64,000 nucleotides of DNA from Candidatus Latescibacterota bacterium (GTDB lineage Bacteria; Latescibacterota; UBA2968; UBA8231). The position numbers and the translations under genes are program-made. The stretch spans positions 4,128,001-4,192,000 of the forward strand of contig OZ242005.1 of the NCBI GenBank assembly GCA_965204725.1, in the 5' to 3' direction. Every line of letters starts with the position of its first letter. Position 1 is the first letter of the stretch. The notes below the pieces were generated by a model. That model ran no database searches. It was given only the letters and a program-made list of their open reading frames with translations, and had not been told where the DNA came from. Shown here piece after piece: positions 46,520-55,205 of this stretch.

Positions 46520-49012
46520 TCAATACGCCACGTGAACGAGGCGGTGCCTCGCCGTGCGTTCCACGTGCGAGTCGTCGTTGGGCACCACTCCCACCTCTAA
46601 TAGGTACAATCCGGGGGCGACCAACGCGCCGGATTGATCCTCGCACGACCAGCGCAGGGCGTACTCGCCGCTGACCAAGGGCCGCGTCTCCCGCCAGTGC
46701 CGAATCAGTCGGCCGGCTAGGTCGTAAATCCGCACGTGGAGCGGCTGAGTGCCGGTCAGCTTAGTGACCGCGAATGAGAACGCCAACTCGTCGTTGATCC
46801 CATCCCCATTCGGCGTCGCGATCCCACGGCCAATCCTCAGATCGCCCAGCACGTGCCGCCCGCCTTCCGGCCCTACCAACAGCATCCCCTGCCCGGTCGC
46901 CAACTCCGTTGCATCCGCTGGGTCAACCCGCTGCCAAGAATTTTCAAGGGCCGAATGTCCCAACGACGCCTTGAACACGGCACCGGGCAAAAAGAGGGCG
47001 GTGGTGAATTGCACCTCAATCAGGTCGGCTGAGGACGGACCGACGATCTCGTTTAAGCGCACCCACAAAGTGTCTGGAGCGGTCGCGACTACTTCGGCTG
47101 CGGTCGCTAGTTCCGCGCTCTCCCATTGGGCTTCGCGCCCCAAGCGCAGCCCGCCAAACTCCAACGCCATGTTGTCCGGTGCCCGTATCTGCACTTCGTC
47201 AAACCCCATGCTCTGGGGCGCGAAGCTCGGTTTGATGAAAAGCGAAAGCTCCTGCTTCTCGCCCAACGCGCCGACGACGCTCGGTTCGATCTCACCCAAC
47301 AGCCGGCGGGCCAGCGGCTCGACGAAGTGGAGCCGAATGGAGCGCAGCACGGCGGCGCGGTGTGGATCGCCCGAGAGCAAGCGGGCCTTGAGCAGCAGAA
47401 ATTGGCGCGGGCTTGGCGAAGTGATCGCCGCTCCCGACGCCTCGTAGGGCAAGCTCCACGCGCTCCAGTCGGCGCCGGGGGCTTCTGTCGTGTCGATCCG
47501 CCCTTTGCTGAAAAAGCCCAAGCCGGCGTATGCCTCAGCCGAAACTTCGCCGCCGCCGCTGTTGAAATAGCGGTACTCTTCGACCAACTCGCTGCCGGTG
47601 CGCGTCTGAATTTCGATAAAGGTCCCCAAGTCGGCGTCGCCATCCCACTCAAGCGAGACCAAGTTTTTCGAGCGGCCCAAGCGGATGAGCGGCGAAACCA
47701 GCTCGACCTCCGGCTGAAAGCCCTCGCCGTAGAACTGCACCTCGCGCGGTTTGAACTGTCCCCCGCCCCAGAACAAAATCCGCGCAAAGCGCGTGTGCGC
47801 CGGCGCGAACGCATCCACGTCGTACACGTCGCCGGTAAAGTGGCCAGAAGTGGCGCGATTGCGCCGCGAGACCTGCGTCGTCCACACCAGCGAGCCGTCC
47901 GCGGCCAGCGAACCGTCGGAAGTCTGCAAATCGTAATTGGGAAAGCGGCTGCGCTGGCGGTCGTAGTAAATCTGGTGCCGATCGATCCAGAAGGAAGAGC
48001 CTAAGTCGAAGAATAACTCCCGCACCTCGTCGGTGCTGGTAAAGGCCAAGGACGTCTCAAAGAGGCCGTCGAAGAAGGCCGTTGCCGGCGCGTTGTCCAA
48101 GAAGGTCAGCAGCGCGACGCCTTTGCGCTTGGCCAAGCCCAGCGAGATGTTTTCCCCAAGAGTCTGGACCTCTAATTCGGCCAGTCGCGGCCGCTCGCGG
48201 CGGTAGCGGCGGATCGCACCGCGCAACGCGGGGTCAACCACCTCGTACGTGGCCTCGCTGACCTGCACTTGGCCCGCGCCGGCCTTTTTGTAAAAATCCA
48301 CCGCGCCCCGGTCCACAGCCCCTAGCTGGTCGTATTGTTCAGCCGACACCTCGGCCGCGCGCGTACTATCCGTGCCGGTGATCGTCACGCGCACGAAGCG
48401 GATGTAGTCGCCCACCATGCGCCCTTCGCGGTCAAAGCGCGTGGGGCGCAGCTCAACTTCAAATTCTCGTTGGTCCTTGTTCGACTTCAAGGTGCGGAAG
48501 ACCGGGTTGAATCGGCGCTGACCTTTTGTTACCTCCCCGCCATCCGAGGTCAAAACCGCGAATTGCAAGAAGGGATCGCCCAGTTCCTCGTCGACGAATT
48601 TGAGCCGGATGTGGGTGGCCGCGACCAGCCGTCCCAAATCGACCTCAAACCACCATTGGCGCACTGGGCTGGCCGGATCGGGCTCCCAATAGGTGCTCAA
48701 GTCCCCGTCGAAAAGATGGACTAGATCCGCGGCCCGAGTGCCCGCGCTGAGGGCGTCGAGCAGGGTCGCGTCCTCCGAGCCTTTGCCGCGCTTGATAAAC
48801 GCCGCGATGTCTGACGTGGCCAGTATGTTCTTGGCCACAAAGTGCGGACGCACGGCCCCGGTTTCGTCTAGGTCGAGCGCACCGGCGGGAAAAGCCCACT
48901 GCTGCCAGTGCGCCTGCCGCTCAACGACGACCTCGTTCCCGGCAATGGTATGGCCCTGCCCCCAAGCGGCGACAACGCCCAAGATGCTCAGCAACAACGC
49001 AGCATTCAACAA
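46520..49012 (-). CDS. Secreted discoidin-like / FlgD-Ig C-terminal domain protein (paralog 2)
   Basis: Signal peptide; LFDGDLSTYW, VDLG and WSAWSLPY motifs; C-terminal TPNGDGIND...YDLAGRLIR...PGLY. Confidence 0.82.
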   Translation of the reverse strand: MLNAALLLSILGVVAAWGQGHTIAGNEVVVERQAHWQQWAFPAGALDLDETGAVRPHFVAKNILATSDIAAFIKRGKGSEDATLLDALSAGTRAADLVHLFDGDLSTYWEPDPASPVRQWWFEVDLGRLVAATHIRLKFVDEELGDPFLQFAVLTSDGGEVTKGQRRFNPVFRTLKSNKDQREFEVELRPTRFDREGRMVGDYIRFVRVTITGTDSTRAAEVSAEQYDQLGAVDRGAVDFYKKAGAGQVQVSEATYEVVDPALRGAIRRYRRERPRLAELEVQTLGENISLGLAKRKGVALLTFLDNAPATAFFDGLFETSLAFTSTDEVRELFFDLGSSFWIDRHQIYYDRQRSRFPNYDLQTSDGSLAADGSLVWTTQVSRRNRATSGHFTGDVYDVDAFAPAHTRFARILFWGGGQFKPREVQFYGEGFQPEVELVSPLIRLGRSKNLVSLEWDGDADLGTFIEIQTRTGSELVEEYRYFNSGGGEVSAEAYAGLGFFSKGRIDTTEAPGADWSAWSLPYEASGAAITSPSPRQFLLLKARLLSGDPHRAAVLRSIRLHFVEPLARRLLGEIEPSVVGALGEKQELSLFIKPSFAPQSMGFDEVQIRAPDNMALEFGGLRLGREAQWESAELATAAEVVATAPDTLWVRLNEIVGPSSADLIEVQFTTALFLPGAVFKASLGHSALENSWQRVDPADATELATGQGMLLVGPEGGRHVLGDLRIGRGIATPNGDGINDELAFSFAVTKLTGTQPLHVRIYDLAGRLIRHWRETRPLVSGEYALRWSCEDQSGALVAPGLYLLEVGVVPNDDSHVERTARHRLVHVAY

Positions 49013-49024
49013 GGCTCCTACTCC

Positions 49025-50974
49025 TCAATAAGCGACGGCAATGGGCCGGATATGCACTTGGCGTTCCCCGCCGCTTTCGACCTCGACTTGGCAGATATAC
49101 AGACCGGGGGCCACCGGCTGGCCGGCTTCGTCTCGCCCATCCCAGCGGCGCGGATGCCGCCCCGCGCCATCGGCCCCGGCATGTACGCGCCGCACCAAGC
49201 GACCGCTCAAATCCCGCACCAGCACCCGCACGGGCACCGGCTCGGTCACTTTGAGCAGCTCGTAGGCGATCTCCACCTGATCGTTGATTTGGTCGCCGTT
49301 GGGTGTAAACGCCGCGGCGCTCAGCGACACGGCCCCCAAGACCTTATCGTCTAGGGTCATTGCCTGAACCGAAAGTTGGTTGCCATCTACCAGCTCGTCG
49401 GCCTCGCCAGCGGCCACGAGTTGCCCGATCTCCTCTGGCTCTGTGCTGTCGATCACCCGGCCGGCAAAAATGGCCCCGTAGCGGAAAATTTCAGCGCGCA
49501 CATCCACTTCGAGCAGCTCTCGGCTGCGCGCAACGTCCAGCCGCGGGAACCCCAAAACGACGCCGGCATCCTCCGCTACGGCCCTGAAATCCGCCACCGG
49601 GACCCCGCTGAGGCGCACGGCCTCCACACCGGCGATCCGGCCGCCGACCAAGCGCAGGTCCAAACCGTCAAATCCTTTGTCGCCGGGTTCAATCGTCGGG
49701 CGCAAGGCATAGGTGAAAGTGCGTTCCTCAGCCACTGCGGCCCGCCAAGGATTGACCTCGCCCACTAAGCCGGTCACCAAGCGCGGAGAAACGGCGAATT
49801 CGAGATAGTCGAGCTGGCCGCCCGCTCGGCCAAAAGATTTGAATTCTATTCCGAACTGCACGTAGCGGTGGGAGCGCGTCGCCCGCAGGGCTACGCCCGC
49901 GCTGTCGGCGAATTCGTACGGCGACGACCACAGTTCCCATTGAGCGGTGTCGTCGGTGATGGCACCGCGTGCGATCGGCCCCAAGCGACCGTAGCTTTTG
50001 CGGGTCAGCAGCTTGCCGTCCTCGCCAAAGGGCACCTGCTCGTCGCCGCGGAAAGTCTTGCGCCAGTACACCAGCGGCGTCTCGTCGGCCCCAGCGCGCG
50101 AGCGGATCTCCACTCGCGCCCCTTCGTCCTGCCGCCCTCCCCAGCGCACCCAGCCCAAGTTGGCGAATTCGCCTAGGTCGAGAACATTGGACTGGTACGA
50201 GGCCGAGCCTTGGAAACCGCCGCCGTACACCTCCAATTCGGCCAAGTCCCAGATCTCGTCTTGCGGCATCACGTGGATCATCAAATAGCGGATGGGCGTT
50301 CCGTCTAGCTCGATGTCGAGTTGGGGGTTTTTGTTTTCCCGGATTTCCTCGACCACCTGTAGCTCAATGCCCTTTTTTTCGTCGGCCTCTCCCAGCGACC
50401 GATTCAGCGCACTCGCTCCGACGAATTCAATCTCGTCAATGCCGCCGCCGGCCTCGGTCTGCGCGGCAACGATGACGTGGGCGACCGAGCGCTCGCTGCC
50501 TGCCGGTGGGACGAAGCGGATCAACCGCGTCGCAAAATCGCCGCCGAGATCAAAGAAAAAAGCCGTGCCGCGGAAGGTATGGGCGTGTTCTCGCGGGCGG
50601 GTCTCTAAGAAAAACGTCGTCGGGTCCCCGTCGGTCACCACGCGCAGCTCGTCGCCGACATCTTCAAAGCCATTGTACGCGCCGTGCTGGAAATTGCCGC
50701 CGACCCCGCTCAAGCTGGTCGCCATATTATCGCGCTCGTTGTAGAAAAACGGCGTGATTTGCTCACTGAGCGAAAGCCCAAAGCTCTCGCCGCCCAAATT
50801 CTTGTCTAAGCCGGCCCAACTCAACTGGCGGAACTCGGCACCGGCCTCCACCTCGGCCGGCGGCGGCAGACTCTCGCCGCCGATGCGATAGACGACCAAG
50901 GCCGCGCTTGGCTGACCGCCGAGCAAGGCCAACAGGGCCGCGATGAGCCGCGTCGTGCGCTGCAATTTTTTCAC
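49025..50974 (-). CDS. Secreted discoidin-like / FlgD-Ig C-terminal domain protein (paralog 1)
   Basis: Signal peptide; DGDPTT, FDLG and WELWSSPY motifs; C-terminal FTPNGDQIND...DLSGRLVR...WDGRD...PGLY. Confidence 0.82.
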   Translation of the reverse strand: MKKLQRTTRLIAALLALLGGQPSAALVVYRIGGESLPPPAEVEAGAEFRQLSWAGLDKNLGGESFGLSLSEQITPFFYNERDNMATSLSGVGGNFQHGAYNGFEDVGDELRVVTDGDPTTFFLETRPREHAHTFRGTAFFFDLGGDFATRLIRFVPPAGSERSVAHVIVAAQTEAGGGIDEIEFVGASALNRSLGEADEKKGIELQVVEEIRENKNPQLDIELDGTPIRYLMIHVMPQDEIWDLAELEVYGGGFQGSASYQSNVLDLGEFANLGWVRWGGRQDEGARVEIRSRAGADETPLVYWRKTFRGDEQVPFGEDGKLLTRKSYGRLGPIARGAITDDTAQWELWSSPYEFADSAGVALRATRSHRYVQFGIEFKSFGRAGGQLDYLEFAVSPRLVTGLVGEVNPWRAAVAEERTFTYALRPTIEPGDKGFDGLDLRLVGGRIAGVEAVRLSGVPVADFRAVAEDAGVVLGFPRLDVARSRELLEVDVRAEIFRYGAIFAGRVIDSTEPEEIGQLVAAGEADELVDGNQLSVQAMTLDDKVLGAVSLSAAAFTPNGDQINDQVEIAYELLKVTEPVPVRVLVRDLSGRLVRRVHAGADGAGRHPRRWDGRDEAGQPVAPGLYICQVEVESGGERQVHIRPIAVAY

Positions 50975-50993
50975 GTAACACCTCCAAGAAGAA

Positions 50994-51022
50994 GAGGGGA
51001 TGGAACCAGCCCATCCCCCCTC
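50994..51022 (-). terminator. Stem-loop after the CBM9-like gene (terminator or mRNA-stabilising hairpin)
   Basis: gaggggatgg / ccatcccccctc inverted repeat followed on the minus strand by TTCTTCTT. Confidence 0.5.
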
Positions 51023-51049
51023 GTCCTTGCATCCTGCGATCCGGCCCGC

Positions 51050-52000
51050 TTACTGGACGTAAGCAGACTTGATGCGACCCCAGCTATTCGCCTCAACCGA
51101 GCTCTCAATCGCGCTGAAATCGACGCGGGGATCAACGGGTGCCAGCAGGAAATCCGTGGCCGAAGCCGTGGTTTTCCACACGTCGCTGGCGCCGGAAAGC
51201 GACCACTGGCCGGAGTGCTCGGCGTCTTGCCCAACGCCGCCGTCGGCCCCGGCTACATCGCTGTCGAAGACCGCCCAGCCCAAGCCGGTGATGTCGCCCT
51301 CGTTGTAGTCGTGGATGACGCTGCCTTCCGGGTCGTTAAAGAGAAAGTCGTCCCACGCCTGACGCCGCACCTCGATAAAGGCCGTGGCCTCGCCGCTGCC
51401 AATTTCGCCGTCCAAGCGAAAGCCGTGGTCGGCGTAGGGCAGTTCGTCGTGCCACTGCGCTTGGGTCATCCAAAACCACGACCAACTCTCTTGGCCATCG
51501 GGGCCGAGGTTCGGGAAGCGGGTGTGGTAGGACTGCGCCCAGCGGCCTTGGGCCAAGGTGCGCTCCTCTTCGTCCTCAATGTCGGCCGCGCCAAAGCGCA
51601 TCTGCTCGCCGCCGTGGTCGCCGTCAACGTGCATTTCCCAGCTATCGTCGCCGCCGGCCACGCCGCCCATGGCGTCGCGATCGTAGAAGTCGTCAAAGCG
51701 CTCCATCATAAAGTAGAGGCTGTTGGCCGCCTCGCTCCAACCGACGATGACGCGGAAGTTCAAGTCGCCGAAATCGGCCGGCTTTTCGCCGTTGAACGCG
51801 GTGTGATCGGCAAAGGAAATCAAGTAGTCCTCGGGCACGATCGACCATTCGGACAAGTCGCCATCCAGCGTTGGCTCAAGGCCCGCCGGCCACTGGAAGG
51901 CCGTGCGCACAGTCCCCTCGGGCACGTGCGCCGTAGCCGTGGCGACGACGCCCATGCACAGGGCCAGTGCGAGCAAAACAGTGATTCTCTTCAAAATCAT
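51050..52000 (-). CDS. Secreted CBM9/DOMON-like acidic protein with a C-terminal SWGRIK motif
   Basis: AGGAGG RBS, signal peptide, PTLDGDLSEW, D.WEMHVDGD; ends SSVEANSWGRIKSAYVQ. Confidence 0.75.
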   Translation of the reverse strand: MILKRITVLLALALCMGVVATATAHVPEGTVRTAFQWPAGLEPTLDGDLSEWSIVPEDYLISFADHTAFNGEKPADFGDLNFRVIVGWSEAANSLYFMMERFDDFYDRDAMGGVAGGDDSWEMHVDGDHGGEQMRFGAADIEDEEERTLAQGRWAQSYHTRFPNLGPDGQESWSWFWMTQAQWHDELPYADHGFRLDGEIGSGEATAFIEVRRQAWDDFLFNDPEGSVIHDYNEGDITGLGWAVFDSDVAGADGGVGQDAEHSGQWSLSGASDVWKTTASATDFLLAPVDPRVDFSAIESSVEANSWGRIKSAYVQ

Positions 52001-52144
52001 CCTCCTTGGTTTAGTAAAAACGCCCGCCACAGCGGGTCCTCTCTGAATTAAAACATAATGCTTTCGTTGCACGACCTAACGGCCGCGAATGGGACGTTTC
52101 ACTGCAACTGCATTCAGGTAACGACCTCCTTTCTTGGTTGTAAT

Positions 52145-53668
52145 CTACTGAAGTGTTTGCAAGTGCGCGATGCGGCTCTGAGCCGCCGCCAGTGCCTTCT
52201 CGTCGCCGCGCCAGTGCCGGACAAAGGCCCCGTAGGCGAGGTGCGCCGCGGCGACCGCGCCCTGTTGCTCGTAGGCTTGGCCTAGCGCGTAGTGGGAGCG
52301 CGCATGCGTGGAATCGCGCCGCACGACCTCCTCAAACTGGGCGATGGCCTCGGCCAAGGACTCGCGCCGGGCCAAGGCCATGCCCAACCCGTAGTACGCG
52401 TCGCGCAATTCGGCGTCGCAAGCGAGAGCGGCTCGATAGGCGTCAATGGCTTTTTCCAAGTCGCCCCGCAGGGCATAGACATTGCCCAAGGCATTGTGCG
52501 CCTTGGCGTAGCAGGCGTCGATGTCGAGGGCGCGGGAAAACGCAGCCTCGGCCTCGCCCCAACGCTGTTTTTGAGCGTGGGCAAAGCCCATGGTAAAATG
52601 CGCTTCGGGCGCGTGCCGGCCCCGCGGCTCGTGCGCCGCGATTGTGCCGGCCAAGTGCGCGGCGCGCTCCACATCGCCCTGCCGCAAGTGGAGCTGGACC
52701 ACCGCGGCCAGCGCGTCAACGTGCTCAGGCTCGCGGCTGAGTACCTCCTGGTACGTGCTCAGCGCGTCGGCGTAGTGCCCCAAGCGCGCCTGCGCCCGGC
52801 CCAATCCCAACCGCGCTTCCACATTGCCGGGTTCTCTCTCCAGCACCTTTTCCAAGGTCTCCTCTCGGTCCGCCAAGTCGAGCAAGCCCTCTAGGCGCGT
52901 GAGCATGGCTTCGGCTTCGTCGTAGCGGCCTTGGGCCGAATACAAATTCGCCAAGTCGTGGTACGCCGCGCCGTAGTTGGCGTCGAGTGCCACGGCCCGG
53001 TTGAGCGCTTGCGCTGCTTCTTCGTACCGCTTCTCGTTCAAGTAGAGCCGGCCCATGTCTCGCCAGATTTCTTTGCGCTCCGGTGCCAACTCGGCCGCTT
53101 CCGTCAACACCTCTTCCGCTCGCGCATTGCGGCCCTGCTGGCTGTAGAGCAAAGCGAGGGCCTGCCGCGCTTCCACGTCTTTGGGGGCGATGTACAGTGC
53201 CCTCAGCAGGGCCTCTTCGGCGCGCTCGTATTGCCCTTGCTCCTTTGCGAGAAAGGCCAACAAGCGATAGGAGCTAGGCGATTGGGGATCGAAGCGCAGC
53301 GCGGCTTCTACCGCCTCTACGGCCTGCGGGTAGCGGCCTGCTTCGAGGTCGGCAATGGCCAAGTTGTGATAGGAGGGGATATACGTCGAATCCAGCGCAA
53401 TGGCCCGCGCAAAGTGCGGGGCGGCGGCCGTACTCTTGCGCTGCAGATGCGCCAAGCCCAAGTAAAAGTGCGCGTCGCGGGACAGGGAATCGCGGCGCAC
53501 GGCCTCTTGGTACACGGCCGCGGCTTGGTCGTAGCGGCCCTGATCCAAATACGTCCTCCCCACCGCGAGCAAGGGATCGTCCGTTGGCAACTCTTGCCGC
53601 GCTTGGTCGCATCCCCCCAGCGAGAGAAGGGCGAGAAGGGCGAGGCGATCCACGGGCGAAAAGGACAT
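52145..53668 (-). CDS. Tetratricopeptide repeat lipoprotein
   Basis: Lipobox LGGC; more than 10 TPR-like repeats (AH..LG..Y...G...A...Y..AL..DP). Confidence 0.9.
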   Translation of the reverse strand: MSFSPVDRLALLALLSLGGCDQARQELPTDDPLLAVGRTYLDQGRYDQAAAVYQEAVRRDSLSRDAHFYLGLAHLQRKSTAAAPHFARAIALDSTYIPSYHNLAIADLEAGRYPQAVEAVEAALRFDPQSPSSYRLLAFLAKEQGQYERAEEALLRALYIAPKDVEARQALALLYSQQGRNARAEEVLTEAAELAPERKEIWRDMGRLYLNEKRYEEAAQALNRAVALDANYGAAYHDLANLYSAQGRYDEAEAMLTRLEGLLDLADREETLEKVLEREPGNVEARLGLGRAQARLGHYADALSTYQEVLSREPEHVDALAAVVQLHLRQGDVERAAHLAGTIAAHEPRGRHAPEAHFTMGFAHAQKQRWGEAEAAFSRALDIDACYAKAHNALGNVYALRGDLEKAIDAYRAALACDAELRDAYYGLGMALARRESLAEAIAQFEEVVRRDSTHARSHYALGQAYEQQGAVAAAHLAYGAFVRHWRGDEKALAAAQSRIAHLQTLQ

Positions 53669-53737
53669 GTCGTAGATTCCAGAGTGGCGAGTACAAGTAC
53701 AAACGTTGCAAGTGTTTGTCGGGCAGGTAGTATATAT

Positions 53738-54946
53738 ATGTACCTACCAAAAACTAAGTCAAGAAAGAAAGTGCCTCGCAATTTGGCGTTTTTCGACCGG
53801 GCGGCGGTCTGTTTCCTCGCGCTCTTTTCTCTTTTTGCCGGCTGCGATCCTCCGCTCCCGCAACCTCAAGCGGACGCCGCGTACCACGTCTATCCGGGCG
53901 ACGACATCCAAGCGGCCCTCGAAGCGGCCGCCCGCGACCCAATCCACAAGACCGTCAAGGTACACGCGGGAACCTATCGGCCGCAGCGGCCCGGCCAAGC
54001 GCTGATCTTCTTCGCGGCCCGCCACGATGGCATCGCGCTCGAAGCGGTGGGGCGCGTGGTGCTGACGGCTGCCCATGCCGAGCGAGCCGACCCCAACGCG
54101 GCCAGTTACCCGGCCATCGTCAACCACGTGGTCTTTTTTGGCGATGGCATCTCCCGGCGCACCGTCCTACGCGGTTTCACCATCACCGGTGCCAACAACT
54201 TTGCCAGCCGCAACGAAGGCCCTGAGCCAATTCAGCCCGACTCCTCCAACGGCGTGCGCTGGGAAAAGGGACTGTTCTTTTACGCCGATGGCGGCGGCAT
54301 CAAGGTCTTTGGCCGCTCCTATCCAACCCTCAAAGACCTAGCAATCCACGACAACTACGCCAGCCCCTGCGGCGGCGGCATCTCCATCGAGCATCGCGGG
54401 TTCGACGCCGAGGCCGTGCGGATCGAGAACTCGGTTTTTCGCAACAATCGCTGCCAAATCACTGGCGCGGCCGTCGATGTGCTGCCCGGCAGCGCGGCCG
54501 TGCTCAACAACTGCCTCTTCGTCGGCAATGTCGCCAATCTCGGCCCCGACTACGTGGGCCGCGGCGGTGGAGGCGAATACAACAAGGCGCATGGCTCAGG
54601 GGCGTTGACGGTCTTTCCCGGAGCGCACGTCGAAGTGCGCGACTGCACCTTTACGGACAACTGGAACGGCGTTGACGACAAGGGCCGGGGCAGCGCGTAC
54701 CGCAATACCATTTTCTGGATGAACGTGCGCGCTGGGGGCATCGCCCCCGGCAGCCGCTACGAGGTCGATCTGCTCGACAGCCGCCGCTTCAGCGGCTGCT
54801 TCGTCCGCGGCCAGATTGACGACCTGCGCGGCACCTTGGACCCCAAGCGCAATGTGCTCCAAGCCCCCAACCCGCAATTCGACGAAAACTATCGGCCTCA
54901 AGCTCCCGCCTACGCCGGGGTGGGCTATCGGCCAGCGGAGGAATGA
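53738..54946 (+). CDS. Right-handed parallel beta-helix (pectin lyase-like) lipoprotein
   Basis: Lipobox FAGC, IQAAL, GFTITG and repeated N...GGG/F..N rungs; the longer ORF start overlaps the TPR gene and was not used. Confidence 0.78.
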   Translation: MYLPKTKSRKKVPRNLAFFDRAAVCFLALFSLFAGCDPPLPQPQADAAYHVYPGDDIQAALEAAARDPIHKTVKVHAGTYRPQRPGQALIFFAARHDGIALEAVGRVVLTAAHAERADPNAASYPAIVNHVVFFGDGISRRTVLRGFTITGANNFASRNEGPEPIQPDSSNGVRWEKGLFFYADGGGIKVFGRSYPTLKDLAIHDNYASPCGGGISIEHRGFDAEAVRIENSVFRNNRCQITGAAVDVLPGSAAVLNNCLFVGNVANLGPDYVGRGGGGEYNKAHGSGALTVFPGAHVEVRDCTFTDNWNGVDDKGRGSAYRNTIFWMNVRAGGIAPGSRYEVDLLDSRRFSGCFVRGQIDDLRGTLDPKRNVLQAPNPQFDENYRPQAPAYAGVGYRPAEE

Positions 54947-55074
54947 TTACCCACCGGCAACCGGCTCGAACGGCAGGGGTTTGAGAAGCGCGTCAAAGAG
55001 TCGCATCGTATATTCACTAAGAAGCGGTCTGAAAACCCACCTTGGGGCCGTAGAGACGGTCTCCGTTCTTCCAA

Positions 55075-55121
55075 GGATCGAGGGCATCTTGCCCTCGTCG
55101 AGGGCGGGACGCCCTCGATCC
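55075..55121. repeat. REP-like composite palindrome (two adjacent hairpins)
   Basis: ggatcgagggcatcttgccctcg-tcgagggcgggacgccctcgatcc: two GAGGGC..GCCCTC hairpins within outer inverted repeats. Confidence 0.65.
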
Positions 55122-55205
55122 CGGACGCAGTGGGAGCAGCAGAAAATGCGTACACAAAGCAAGTGTCGCGTACTTGTAAGATCTCTACGACTTGGGAGAG
55201 CAGTT

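Noticed and set aside
52060-52130. c-di-GMP-I riboswitch-like GGGACG segment
   Set aside because: Lacks the GGCAAA, GNRA tetraloop and GCAAAGC elements.
52931-53737. N-terminal extension of the 671-aa beta-helix ORF
   Set aside because: Overlaps the TPR gene on the opposite strand; the lipoprotein signal appears only after 53738.
54816-55205. N-terminal extension of the 888-aa FG-GAP ORF
   Set aside because: Overlaps the upstream gene and runs through the REP-like palindrome; the signal peptide lies later.
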